A stretch of DNA of 64,000 bases from a virus: positions 1-64,000 of IMG/VR virus record IMGVR_UViG_3300009082_000017. One strand, given 5' to 3'. The position numbers and the translations under genes are program-made. The first letter of the stretch is position 1, and each line of letters begins with the position of its first letter. Shown here piece by piece: positions 31,352 to 41,796 of the stretch. Below the pieces are notes generated by a model, which made no database searches, was not told the origin of the DNA, and was given only the letters and a program-made list of their open reading frames with translations.

Positions 31352-32968
31352 TTAATTTTTACCACCTTTACCGATGTTTGAACCTTGTCCCCTTGTTTCC
31401 GCACCAGAATCTTCTAAATCACTATCTGATTTTCTTGGTCTACCCGTTCCAGAAGAAGTTGCCCCTGATTGTTGGAACGAAGATATGATTGGAGTTAAGT
31501 TATCGACCCAACCGTTAATTCTAGTTTCATCTAACTGCGTTTGAAACTCAAACGGATTGACTCCAAGTGCAGAGCAGATTTTCGGGAAATTGATAATTCC
31601 TTTATCCATCAGTGCAGTTTGACGATCTAATCTTCTTTCCCTATCAACATAAAATCTTGTGCCCTCTAAAGTAATTTTAAATTTATATTTTTTTGTAAGT
31701 TTATTAATTTGATACTCTAAAAAGTTTTCAAATACAGGATAAAGATTCTCTACGATATGTTGGTCAACATCAACACCCAATAAAGTTTCTGTAACATTTT
31801 GTTTTTGGGATGAACTAAATAATATATTTGAATTTACACCAGACAATCCGAGAAGATTAGTCAAATAGCTTTGATATAAACTATTATTCCCCTCGAATTG
31901 AAAAGCTTTCATATTTCCCAAAGGTGCGCTGGCGACACTGACCGCGCTATTATTAATAGCGGATTTTACAAGTTGCATAAATTTAGCAGCCATTTCTGGA
32001 GATAAGTTAAATTGATCTCTAAGAACAGCACTTTTTGCATCTTTATTAAGTGTCCCTACTTCTCCCATGATAAGCTTAACTGCTTCTGCTAAATAATTGT
32101 TCTTTTGTAAATTACGAATTGTGGGTTGCAATGCTAAATCTGGGAACATGCCGCTAAAATATTGCGTTCTGAAATTCTTTTCGGGTTGCATTTTAAATGC
32201 CCACCCACCATCTTCTGGGCTTATATCTCCCCAATAAGCATAAACGTTTTGATCTCTTGTATCTACACTTCGCATGGGGATATAGTCTATAATTTTACTA
32301 CCTTCACCAAATAAATTCTGAAATCCCGTTTTGAATGATGGCGCAAAACCATCTATTGGGACACCACCTTGAAGAAAGAAAGTATAATCAAAACTAAAAA
32401 GTGTTCCATAATCCCATTTTCCAGTAATCATACACCTATCCGAAGGGAGTTGTTGGAGAAGCCAGCGATCCCCCTCGTTTCTGAATGAGCAGAAGAAAAC
32501 TTCTTCACGAAGCATTTGTTTCAATGCGGTAGAAAATTCTTTCTTATGGTCGAACTTATAGAAAAAGTCCTTTAACACTTTTAAATCTTTTTTATATGCA
32601 GGACTTTTAAATTCATTGATATCATCCATATTCATTACAGCATAAGTCCAATCCCAAGAAGGAAGATTAGACATATAATCTATAATTCTTCTATATGTCG
32701 TAGATGTAACTTCAAGATTTTCAGAAATTGACAAAAGTTCCCGTTCGCTATCTTTGGGATTTGCAAGTGCTTTTTCTGCTTTTTCTTGAGTTATGTCTGA
32801 AGAAGAAAGAAGGGACATATCTTTAAGGCGCTGATTGATGAGCATAGGCGAATAAGTTCCTGGATAAAGTCCACCTAAAGATTGTGCAAATTCTAGAGCA
32901 GTCCAAACTTGATCTTCTGAAATTAAATCTGGATCAGTTTGAGTAGTCATTTTTTTTGTTTTAGGCAA
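31352..32968 (-). CDS. Portal protein
   Basis: 538 aa directly after TerL; LQQLPSDRC; C-terminal GRP(R)K motif typical of SPbeta-like portals. Confidence 0.8.
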   Translation of the reverse strand: MPKTKKMTTQTDPDLISEDQVWTALEFAQSLGGLYPGTYSPMLINQRLKDMSLLSSSDITQEKAEKALANPKDSERELLSISENLEVTSTTYRRIIDYMSNLPSWDWTYAVMNMDDINEFKSPAYKKDLKVLKDFFYKFDHKKEFSTALKQMLREEVFFCSFRNEGDRWLLQQLPSDRCMITGKWDYGTLFSFDYTFFLQGGVPIDGFAPSFKTGFQNLFGEGSKIIDYIPMRSVDTRDQNVYAYWGDISPEDGGWAFKMQPEKNFRTQYFSGMFPDLALQPTIRNLQKNNYLAEAVKLIMGEVGTLNKDAKSAVLRDQFNLSPEMAAKFMQLVKSAINNSAVSVASAPLGNMKAFQFEGNNSLYQSYLTNLLGLSGVNSNILFSSSQKQNVTETLLGVDVDQHIVENLYPVFENFLEYQINKLTKKYKFKITLEGTRFYVDRERRLDRQTALMDKGIINFPKICSALGVNPFEFQTQLDETRINGWVDNLTPIISSFQQSGATSSGTGRPRKSDSDLEDSGAETRGQGSNIGKGGKN

Positions 32969-32994
32969 TTAATTTTACCTCCTTTCTTTGGAGA

Positions 32995-34842
32995 TTAATA
33001 CATTTGAAATAAGCCCGATATAATATCCCAATCATTACTTGTATCCTCTTCTTTTAATAAAGCTGTATCAAACTCTTGTGAAATAAAAAAATTAACATAA
33101 CTGAGCGCACTATAACGGTCTTTGTTACATCCAGCTTTTTCAACCAATTTCACTTTACCACTAACCAATGCTAAGTCTAAGTTAATGCATTCTGAAATCG
33201 TAAGCCCTGTCTGGACATATGGATTTAAATAAAAGGCATAAATTGATGAATCAGCAGGATTACTTAAAAATTCTTTATTTTTAGATTTAATCAAAAATTC
33301 TTCAGCATCACCATCTAGAATTAAGAATTTCCATAATTTTTTCTGCAAAGAAGATCTAAATAGATTTGCGATTTGGCTATTTAAATCTTGGCTAGCTGAC
33401 ATGGGAAAAATTACAGGCAAAGCATTAATCCCTCTTGCTCTACGCCTAAGCTCTTCTCTAACATCATCTTTGACAGATAAGAAATTTTCATCTACAACTG
33501 TAAAAGGAGGATATGTTTCTCCTCTTTCTTCATCCATGGTATTCTCACTCAAGGAATCAAAAATACTGATACCTGCATTCTGAAGATCTAAACAAACATA
33601 ATCTGCTTCAAAATCGTGATAAAGTTCCTTTATTCTTTTAGCTTGAACCCCAGTATGCTCGCCTTTATGACTTTCCATATAAGAACAATGACGTTCATAC
33701 CCTTCCCCCTTTATGGGAATAAGTCTTATGCACGCCATAATAGAATTATCATTTTTCTTATTTGCTCGCATAGCAACATCACAAGTAATAAATCTAATTT
33801 CACCTTCCACTTTTTCAATGGCATAAGGATTTTTTTTAGCATTAAAATTATCATCTCTTTGAGGATAAAAAGCTTGTTTAAGATTCCTTTTAAATAAAGA
33901 TGACGCAAAAAAACTTTTTCCACTACTGCCAGATGGTATGTTGAGATATTCAAGTTGAAACCCTATCTCATCCATATCGCCTGTTTCATTTTTTATCATA
34001 TCTTCTGTTTTTATTCCATGAAATAATGTGATAAAATAATCAAGCGCTAGAAAATTAGCAGTTTCATCTCCATTTACCATTCTTCTTATACATGACTTTA
34101 CATAAGTATACCAATATTCTGCCGTATACCACGCCGAAGTAATATAAGATATTCTACCATCTTCTATTAAATCTTTATCTGATCCATATTCTGGTTTCAA
34201 CCTATAGGGTGGGGTTCTAACTTCAAGAAAAGGTTTTATTACTTTTTCAAGTATTTCTCTTGGAACCAATCTCGCCTCTTCTATGACGATATAGTGACAT
34301 CTATTCCCTCTTGCCGAATCGGAACTAGGAACAACTTTAATAGTACTACCGCAATGAAAAATACATTCATATGTATTAGAATTTGTTGTTATGTGATCAA
34401 TTTCTCTGGCAACATTAGGATATCTACTTTGCAATTCTTTCATTTTTTCAGAAAGAAGAATTCCTCCTTGAGCGAGTGTTTTTGAACACACAATAATCTT
34501 AATCCCAGGATATAAAACGCATAAAGTAAGTGTCCACACAGCAATAATCCATGTTTTTGCGGCAGCACGACTAGCCACTATATAAGCCAAATTACTTCTT
34601 TGCAATATCCATATCATTAATATTTGATAAGGATGCAAATGAATACCAAAGTAATCCTGGATCAACCTTACTGGGTTGCGACGAAACATAGTTATCCATC
34701 GTTTCAATCTATCTTTTCTTTCACCTTCTAATGTTGAGCTTCTAGTCATAGATTTTGGACGTAAAAATTCATTTTGTGAAGATAAGCTTTTAAGCTCTTT
34801 GTTTTTATATGGGCGAGGAGACGTTGACATTTTATTCCTCAC
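32995..34842 (-). CDS. Terminase large subunit
   Basis: Walker A-like ASRAAAKT, ARGNR, Walker B IVIEE, ITSA; nuclease motifs CDVA..DNS and KDRYSA. Confidence 0.9.
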   Translation of the reverse strand: MRNKMSTSPRPYKNKELKSLSSQNEFLRPKSMTRSSTLEGERKDRLKRWITMFRRNPVRLIQDYFGIHLHPYQILMIWILQRSNLAYIVASRAAAKTWIIAVWTLTLCVLYPGIKIIVCSKTLAQGGILLSEKMKELQSRYPNVAREIDHITTNSNTYECIFHCGSTIKVVPSSDSARGNRCHYIVIEEARLVPREILEKVIKPFLEVRTPPYRLKPEYGSDKDLIEDGRISYITSAWYTAEYWYTYVKSCIRRMVNGDETANFLALDYFITLFHGIKTEDMIKNETGDMDEIGFQLEYLNIPSGSSGKSFFASSLFKRNLKQAFYPQRDDNFNAKKNPYAIEKVEGEIRFITCDVAMRANKKNDNSIMACIRLIPIKGEGYERHCSYMESHKGEHTGVQAKRIKELYHDFEADYVCLDLQNAGISIFDSLSENTMDEERGETYPPFTVVDENFLSVKDDVREELRRRARGINALPVIFPMSASQDLNSQIANLFRSSLQKKLWKFLILDGDAEEFLIKSKNKEFLSNPADSSIYAFYLNPYVQTGLTISECINLDLALVSGKVKLVEKAGCNKDRYSALSYVNFFISQEFDTALLKEEDTSNDWDIISGLFQMY

Positions 34843-35848
34843 TCACGTCCACAACATCATCAACATCGTCTTCTGTATCCACATTAAAATCTCTACTTTG
34901 CGTAATAAAATTTTTAAGAGGACGAGTAACATATTTTTTAAAATAAAAATCAATATTATCAAAATCCTTGAACAAATCTTTATCTTTGCCAGAATAATAT
35001 TCGGCGGGTTCATTTTCTTCTATTATTTTTATAAAAGACGAAAAAGTATCTTGAGCCTTGCCGGAATTAGCAGTAGCAGCTTTTGCAGGGTCTACACTCG
35101 CAGTTCTCATAAGTTCTTGTAGTCGCTTTACCGCCGAAGCATCTCCATTACCTTTACCCATTCTGCTTTTTCTAATATCTAATTCAGCAAAGCATATCTG
35201 ACGAAGCAAAGATTCTTCTGTAGCCGTATCACACTTATGAGTTTTTTTGTATCTCGCCAATTCTGACTCTAGAAACTCATAGTCTTCAAAAACTAAATCC
35301 GGCCCCCAAAAGTCTTTTAAATATTTATTAAAATCAACATCTTCAGTTAACGTTTCATTAGAAGATGACACTTGAACATTATTTCCAGAGCTATGAAAAG
35401 TTAAATTTGTATCATCGCTCAGATTAGATAGAGTAGACAATTTGCTTTTATATATTCCAAAACTTTGAACGTCTTGTTTCCCTTCGTTCTGAAAGTTGAT
35501 AATTTGTTTTTTTGCAGCTTCAACGGCATTTGTCATGTATGCAATATTCAATATTCTACAAGTTCGCAATAATGCTTTTTCTATACTATGCTCCATATTA
35601 TAAGAATTAGTATATATTTCAGCGCAATGTTCTTTACACACGGATAATAATCCAGACCTATCTAATTCTAAATCTGGCGAAGAATAAAAATCTTTCGCTG
35701 GTCTCATTTTCATACAAATTCTACAATAATTTTCTTTTGCATCTAAATCTTTAACTTTCTTAACCAAAACCTTTTTCTTAGTCACGCTTGTTGCCATCTT
35801 ATTTATTATTCTCCTTAAAAGATATAATTGTATGGGCAACGCGCCCAA
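34832..35848 (-). CDS. Conserved protein upstream of TerL (probable small terminase)
   Basis: CRIC..FY..CKEHC zinc finger, FWG..DYEFLE, IIEENEPAEYY; the start may be the internal ATG (MATSV). Confidence 0.55.
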   Translation of the reverse strand: MGALPIQLYLLRRIINKMATSVTKKKVLVKKVKDLDAKENYCRICMKMRPAKDFYSSPDLELDRSGLLSVCKEHCAEIYTNSYNMEHSIEKALLRTCRILNIAYMTNAVEAAKKQIINFQNEGKQDVQSFGIYKSKLSTLSNLSDDTNLTFHSSGNNVQVSSSNETLTEDVDFNKYLKDFWGPDLVFEDYEFLESELARYKKTHKCDTATEESLLRQICFAELDIRKSRMGKGNGDASAVKRLQELMRTASVDPAKAATANSGKAQDTFSSFIKIIEENEPAEYYSGKDKDLFKDFDNIDFYFKKYVTRPLKNFITQSRDFNVDTEDDVDDVVDVSEE

Positions 35849-35896
35849 CCTGATTGTTTATTTATTTTTTTGCATTTCACTACATTTGTTACAAGG

Positions 35897-35969
35897 AGCC
35901 GATGAAAAGTTTCGAACTCTCCACATATCCCCTACAAAGGGATCGCTCTACCAACTGAGCTACACCAGC
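35897..35969 (-). tRNA. tRNA-Thr(TGT)
   Basis: GCTGGTG/CATCGGC acceptor, GCTC-AGTTGGTA-GAGC D arm, ATCCC-TTTGTAG-GGGAT anticodon arm, TTCGAAA T loop; CCA not encoded. Confidence 0.9.
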
Positions 35970-36075
35970 CAAATTTGTTATCCAACCCCATAAAATTGCG
36001 ATTTCATGGTATTAATACTATAATATTATAGTAGGCACAATGCGTAGTCACGGCTACTATATCCAAACATATTAC

Positions 36076-37872
36076 CTATTCATATATTAAAGTACATTTA
36101 GCACCATTGTTAACAACAGTTAATCCATTACTAAATGGGGCGTTAAATTCCATTTCTCCGACTACTTTACTGGCATCTATTACAGCTATCTGTGTTCCTG
36201 TTGCCGAAACACTATCATAGATTGTAAATGTACCGGTGTTATCCAAATTTATAACTTTTTGTAAAGTCCCTGCACTATACTTGAGAACAGTTGTAGCGTT
36301 TGTACCAGAATAAAAATATTGTGGAAGGGTAGTAAGTTCACCAAGCCTTAATATGGTTAAGACTTTTATCAAAATTGAATTATCAGTAGTATTTCCACCA
36401 CTATTAATATTTTCAACTCTTGCTTGTAAATCCAATGTCTGAGGTGATTGTAATCCACTTACATCTGTAATTGTATGTAATAAAATATCATTTACAAAAT
36501 ACTTTGCTGAAACCTCAGAAATATTAATAACTATTCTTTTCATTAAAGTATCTATAGCAACTTCTTTACCAAAATTCCCATTAAAACTTCCAGAAGTTAC
36601 AATTGTATCAACGCCCGCTCTTCTATATCCAACTCCAAATGTAGTCCCATCAACTTGGAAAAAATACCCATTATTGTCATCGTATGCACCTGCACGTCTG
36701 ATATTGTTAGCTTGTGGCGCTGTTACAAGTCTAGCGACGCATCTAAACTGATTAGCTGCACCTGTAACTTTTCTTGCCTTTCGAACACTTGTAACTTTTA
36801 TAGTTGAATTAGCTGTTGTTCCAGTAGATACAGTTAATTCCCCTGCTTGGGAAGCACTACCAGTGCCAGTTGCAACAGCAGTCCAAAAATTAGTATCCAA
36901 TGTTGATCCACTAAAAGCTGTCCCGACTAATCTCACTGGGGTTATTGTTTTTAAAGACCCTAATGGATCAACTTCAACACGTGCACCTGTTTCTAAATCT
37001 TCAATTCCAGAAGATACACTAAGCCTTCCATATGAATTCAACGACCTAGGCAAAGGATCTGCAATTGGGCAAAGATAACTTGCTAATCTAAAATATGTTG
37101 TGTCAGTTGTTCCTGTTAATATAACTCTAACTCTCCAATAACCAGTAATTGCCTGTACGGTATTCCCCATTGCACCTTTTGAATAATAATAAGCAAAAGA
37201 ATCAGATATATCCCAATTTGTTCCATCGTCAGACTGTTCAATATAGACTGTAGCATTTTGATCTGTTTTCAAATTCCATTGAAGCCCAACAATTCCTAGA
37301 GTTGAAGTTGGAGAACCTGTAAATGTATATGAATTTGTAGAATCTAAATTTGTAGTACTGCTATTATTTGTATCTGCATGTACTGCTTGGATAGCTGCAA
37401 CACCTAAATATTTTTGACCATCCGCATCGGTATGTGATTCTATTGCGCAACCGGAAGTATCATATATTACAGAATCAATAGATGTTGGGAAATTTGTTAT
37501 ACTTCCACTATATGTCGTAGGAAAATTCAAAATATTCATACTCCCACTAATAGGATTAGCATCATGTACAGCCAAAGCAACATCAGTCCCAACAATAGAT
37601 GTACCTGCTACAATTTTAGCACGAGCATCAGTTGTTGTATCTTTAAGTGCAACAGCGTCTATACTAATAGAAGATCCACAAATAGTAGAATTCATATTAA
37701 TTTGGAATGGGGATACTGTTAAATCTTTATTTATAATTAACCAACTATTTGTATCAGTTAAATAGATTGTTTTACCAATATTTGCCGCTCCACTTATTTT
37801 ACTTCCAGATATATCTGTAGACAATGCCAAGTATGCAGGCATAGTATTTGAGTTTATAAATGTTACAGTCAT
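36076..37872 (-). CDS. Large beta-rich protein, probably a virion surface protein
   Basis: 598 aa, T/S/G-rich; lies between the two tRNAs; GGAGG SD. Confidence 0.55.
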   Translation of the reverse strand: MTVTFINSNTMPAYLALSTDISGSKISGAANIGKTIYLTDTNSWLIINKDLTVSPFQINMNSTICGSSISIDAVALKDTTTDARAKIVAGTSIVGTDVALAVHDANPISGSMNILNFPTTYSGSITNFPTSIDSVIYDTSGCAIESHTDADGQKYLGVAAIQAVHADTNNSSTTNLDSTNSYTFTGSPTSTLGIVGLQWNLKTDQNATVYIEQSDDGTNWDISDSFAYYYSKGAMGNTVQAITGYWRVRVILTGTTDTTYFRLASYLCPIADPLPRSLNSYGRLSVSSGIEDLETGARVEVDPLGSLKTITPVRLVGTAFSGSTLDTNFWTAVATGTGSASQAGELTVSTGTTANSTIKVTSVRKARKVTGAANQFRCVARLVTAPQANNIRRAGAYDDNNGYFFQVDGTTFGVGYRRAGVDTIVTSGSFNGNFGKEVAIDTLMKRIVINISEVSAKYFVNDILLHTITDVSGLQSPQTLDLQARVENINSGGNTTDNSILIKVLTILRLGELTTLPQYFYSGTNATTVLKYSAGTLQKVINLDNTGTFTIYDSVSATGTQIAVIDASKVVGEMEFNAPFSNGLTVVNNGAKCTLIYE

Positions 37873-38033
37873 AGATCCTCCTTTTTAATTTTTTATTTGT
37901 TTATAATGAATCTATGATGATGATTTTATATAATATAAAAAACTATCATCAATCCGATGATAGTTTTCTGCGTTACATAAATATTTGATTATTATATTTC
38001 CATGAAATGTGTGTTTTATTGGAGATTTATCAG

Positions 38034-38107
38034 TAGCGCAAGCGCGATTTGAACGCGCAACCTCAGACTCCCAAAGTCTGACTTCTGCCAAATTGAATTA
38101 CTGCGCT
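38034..38107 (-). tRNA. tRNA-Pro(TGG), atypical acceptor stem
   Basis: AGCGCAG/TTGCGCT acceptor, CAGAC-TTTGGGA-GTCTG anticodon arm, GCGCG-TTCAAAT-CGCGC T arm; CCA not encoded. Confidence 0.82.
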
Positions 38108-38111
38108 ATAT

Positions 38112-38400
38112 CATTACCCCTCTCACCTTTAACTAGTAAGTAAGAGGGGTCTTACCGCTTAGTTTTGGCTTTCGGACTAACCCTGAGCATTTCTAAGCAT
38201 AGTGATTTTACAACAGTATTTGGTGAGATCTGTAACTCATATTACACTAATTTTTTCGTTGTCTGCCAACTAGGATAGTTCCGTATCTATCCAAATCTGG
38301 GTTTTTCTGTTGTCCCATCAACGACGCAAGCCATTAAGTCTTGCTGACGCTCCGTAGAGCTTTTCAGATTGATAAGGTGTTAGCGCACCGTTGTTTGTTG
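38112..38400 (-). ncRNA. Candidate structured non-coding RNA between a promoter and tRNA-Pro
   Basis: No credible ORF; about 10 nested stems, including GCUC-UACG-GAGC and ACCCCUCUUAC/GUGAGAGGGGU; TTGACA promoter at ~38439. Confidence 0.5.
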
Positions 38401-38483
38401 TTACTCTATATTTATATCATAGATATTAATATTTGTCAAGGGTTAAACCACATGAAATATCCGTTTTATTGGGATATTTGTTA

Positions 38484-38993
38484 TTATTTATGTGTATCTT
38501 TACCTATTTTTACCACAACCCAATGTTTCCCCAATTTTAAAAGTTGATCTTTCATAATCTTAAAACCACATTTTTTACAAACAAGCCAATCCCATCCATC
38601 TTCAGCAATACGAAAGACTTCTTCACATTCAGGGCATTTTACTAACATAACGTCTTCGTCTGCCATATTTTTTGCTTTATCAAAAGGATCTTCAACTGAA
38701 GGCCAATTCGCAATAAATATATTTTCAACTTGTTTAATTCCGATAATTTCATAATCTATTTCTTCTTCGGGAACACCTTCAAAAAAGACTTCTGTAATTA
38801 AATCAATTGCCTCGTCCTGAACATCAAAAAAGTTATTACCACCCAAATGAATAGTCCTAGAAACATGTTGATGCAGATCATTAATATCAACATCATCTGG
38901 TAATCCATATTCTTCAAGCATGTCTTCTGGAATTTCTACTTTTTCTTTAATTGAAAACTCTATCTCATATAAATACAATTTATTTATCTCCAC
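38484..38993 (-). CDS. Acidic protein with C-terminal zinc ribbon
   Basis: CPEC...CKKC; highly acidic N-terminus. Confidence 0.55.
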   Translation of the reverse strand: MEINKLYLYEIEFSIKEKVEIPEDMLEEYGLPDDVDINDLHQHVSRTIHLGGNNFFDVQDEAIDLITEVFFEGVPEEEIDYEIIGIKQVENIFIANWPSVEDPFDKAKNMADEDVMLVKCPECEEVFRIAEDGWDWLVCKKCGFKIMKDQLLKLGKHWVVVKIGKDTHK

Positions 38994-38999
38994 CTAAAT

Positions 39000-39830
39000 T
39001 TATTGTAATAAAGCAGCTAATGCGGCAGTTTCAGATCTTTCGGTTTTAATTAGGTGGACACAGCCAAATAATCTATTTCCAAATAATCTAGTATTTAGTC
39101 TTTCTAATCCTGAATTCTTTTCAAATACGACTTTATCTGTTTGATTAGTGTCACCTAAAAACATAATAATAGAATTTTTTCCTACTCGCGAGACCAGAAG
39201 CGCCATATGTTCTGAGGTTAAATTTTCTGATTCATCTACCATAATAATAGTGTTATCAAAACTTCTACCGCGAGCAAAGCCTAGATGCAAAAGTTCAATT
39301 TTGCCATCGTCTATCAATCTCATTAATTCAATTGAACTTCCTAATAAATCTGCGGCAGGCATAGCATAAGGGAGGAGTTTTTCGTTCGCTCCTTGAGGGA
39401 GCGCCCCTAGTGGAACAGAATCCTTTACTTCTACGTTATTTCTTATTAGTACAAGTTTATGATAAGGCGATTTCCCCTTTTCTCCTTTGTCTATTGCATC
39501 TAATGCGTATGTAAAAGCACTATAATTTTTACCGGCTCCTACTACCCCTGTAATTTCCTTGACCGTAATAGTTTCATCTTGCAACAAATCAAAGAGTGCA
39601 AATTGCTCATCGTTGATGGGTTTTACTTTACCAAACCTATAGTTATCAATTGGTTTGAATTTAAGTGGAACAAGATTTTTCCCATCCCACTTTCTTTTTT
39701 CTATAATTTCACCTTCGTTATTTTTTATATATAGATATTGATTTATTTCCATATCTATATTATATCGTCCTTCATAAAACGCGGCAATCTGTTCGTCTTC
39801 CAATGTGATTGTTTTTATTCCGTTGTTCAG
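39000..39830 (-). CDS. phoH: PhoH-family ATPase (probable CTG start at 39830)
   Basis: GVVGAGKN, LGALPQG..EKL, RGRSF, VDESENLT, RVGKNS, GDTNQTD; GGAGGTG-5 nt-CTG in frame. Confidence 0.88.
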   Translation of the reverse strand: MNNGIKTITLEDEQIAAFYEGRYNIDMEINQYLYIKNNEGEIIEKRKWDGKNLVPLKFKPIDNYRFGKVKPINDEQFALFDLLQDETITVKEITGVVGAGKNYSAFTYALDAIDKGEKGKSPYHKLVLIRNNVEVKDSVPLGALPQGANEKLLPYAMPAADLLGSSIELMRLIDDGKIELLHLGFARGRSFDNTIIMVDESENLTSEHMALLVSRVGKNSIIMFLGDTNQTDKVVFEKNSGLERLNTRLFGNRLFGCVHLIKTERSETAALAALLQ

Positions 39831-39870
39831 AGAGACACCTCCAAGATGATTTATTTTATGTTACAAATTA

Positions 39871-40869
39871 TTACGAATTTACCAACAATGCTTTTTTCTT
39901 ATTTTTAGACAAAAGATTCTCTTTTGCTCTAGAAATACATTTACAATCTTGGCAACGAATCGAATCCCACATTCCCGCCTGAGTATAATAATGTCCCTCT
40001 TTCACGAGATTTGTAGATCCGCACACAGGACATTGTTCTGTTTCTAAAGTGTTATAGAGAGCAACATTAAAGTTTCTGACATAAGGACGAACCTTATAAA
40101 ACAACTCCTCCGTCGCGCCAATATCTCCAATATTATATTCTAACATTGTCTTTAATGATTCCTCATCACCCTGATCACATCCCTTCCAAAGAAGGAACCC
40201 AGAATTGTCAATTTTATTTCTTATACCAAGTTGATCATTTAGAAATTTCATCTTGTTACTGCTAAAACGGAAATTCTGTTTGGCTACAAGCAAAGTATCT
40301 ACAATTGTATATTTTAGAGGAGGTAGTCCATGACGAAGGAATTCTGTGTTGATATATTTTACGTCAAATTGCGAGTAATTATGTCCGATTACCACATCAG
40401 CTTTAGATAAAAATTCCCAAATAGATTTAGTAATTCTTAGTGTATCACGAGATTTCGCTTCTTTACTTGTAAGGATATCGGAGTACATTTCAGGTTCATT
40501 GAGGAACTTTCCTGCCCAGCCCAATAGACACCCATCAGATATAATTTGATCTAATCCAATATTTTGATCCCAAATTCCCCAATTATAAGAAACAATGGGC
40601 AATGTCTCAATGTCGCATACTGCAACTCTAGGACTTTGTTTTACTTCAATATTTATATTAGGATTTTCATTGTCAAAATTTACAATAATCCCTCGTTTTT
40701 TACACCATTTGCGAAATTTATCACGTAAATCTTCTCTATCTTTTACATCATAACCTTTGTCAGAAAACTTTTTGAATTTATTTTCCCAAAATGGTATTTT
40801 CCCTTGAGATTTTATTTTTGCTTCCAAACATTCATTAAAAACCTTATCGTCTAGTTTTTTAAGATTCAA
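39871..40869 (-). CDS. RNase H-fold (DnaQ/YprB-like) 3'-5' exonuclease with C-terminal zinc ribbon
   Basis: CDIET, IGHN..FD, DTL, YNIGD (DEDDy); CPVCGS...CQDC. Confidence 0.78.
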   Translation of the reverse strand: MNLKKLDDKVFNECLEAKIKSQGKIPFWENKFKKFSDKGYDVKDREDLRDKFRKWCKKRGIIVNFDNENPNINIEVKQSPRVAVCDIETLPIVSYNWGIWDQNIGLDQIISDGCLLGWAGKFLNEPEMYSDILTSKEAKSRDTLRITKSIWEFLSKADVVIGHNYSQFDVKYINTEFLRHGLPPLKYTIVDTLLVAKQNFRFSSNKMKFLNDQLGIRNKIDNSGFLLWKGCDQGDEESLKTMLEYNIGDIGATEELFYKVRPYVRNFNVALYNTLETEQCPVCGSTNLVKEGHYYTQAGMWDSIRCQDCKCISRAKENLLSKNKKKALLVNS

Positions 40870-41092
40870 GCTTAGTTCTCCTTATATAAGATTATAATCT
40901 AACTGGCGAGAGTTTTACCCGCTCCCTTAATAAAAATCAATAAAATTGAAATAAATTGGTGGGGACGCTTCTTAGTTCTCAACTAGATTATGTCAATAGT
41001 CTATCATACTTTCCTATTTTTGTCAAGGGTAAATAGAAAACTCGTTCTACCTAACCCAATAAAATTTCTCTTTCATGGTGTTGAATCATCAT

Positions 41093-41788
41093 CTAAATCA
41101 ATGCCATCTTTGCAGATATTGATGCTATCTGGGTTGCCGACAATTTCTTATTATATGCTACAATAGCCCTGATAATGCAAGTAGAAGTTTGCGTTACCTC
41201 AACAAATTCACCCTCCTCGTAAACATCTAAACCGCCAATAGCAAAGGCTGCTGGGGCGTTTGTAAATGTCGGAGTACTTATAAAGGGTTGTTTTATTTCT
41301 CCATCTAAATACATCCCCTCAGAATTCAGAGCAAAAACACCTGAAGCCGGAGGAGCCTCTTCCATAGAAACTGCCTCTGATACGAAAAAGGAAGAATAAC
41401 CTGAGCTTGTTGTTGTCAGCATGAGGAACTCCGTAATATCTTCTTCTTCCACAAGATACGTGTTCATGGCTCCGAACAAGACTTTGTCTCCTCCTGAAAA
41501 TAGTTCATAGGAAATAATCACGGTAGTATTATCATCTGGTGTTATATCTGCCAATAAGTGAGTTTCACCATTAAAAAACCAGCCCAGTGTCCCGTTAAAG
41601 CTAGGAGCAGCGGTAGTTGTTAGAATTTTGTCTCCAACTAACGAATTATATGATGTGGTCAAATCGACTGCGCCCTTCGCTAACCATGCTCCAAGAACAT
41701 CATCCTTCGATACTCCATTAGCCAGATACCACTCAGGAGGTTTCGAAGTTTCACTATTCATCAATAATAGCATATCTAAAATGTTCAT
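41093..41788 (-). CDS. Concanavalin A/LamG-like beta-sandwich protein
   Basis: GWFFNG, MYLDGE, FAIGG, IVAYNKKLSATQI LamG-type motifs. Confidence 0.55.
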   Translation of the reverse strand: MNILDMLLLMNSETSKPPEWYLANGVSKDDVLGAWLAKGAVDLTTSYNSLVGDKILTTTAAPSFNGTLGWFFNGETHLLADITPDDNTTVIISYELFSGGDKVLFGAMNTYLVEEEDITEFLMLTTTSSGYSSFFVSEAVSMEEAPPASGVFALNSEGMYLDGEIKQPFISTPTFTNAPAAFAIGGLDVYEEGEFVEVTQTSTCIIRAIVAYNKKLSATQIASISAKMALI

Positions 41789-41796
41789 AAAAATTC

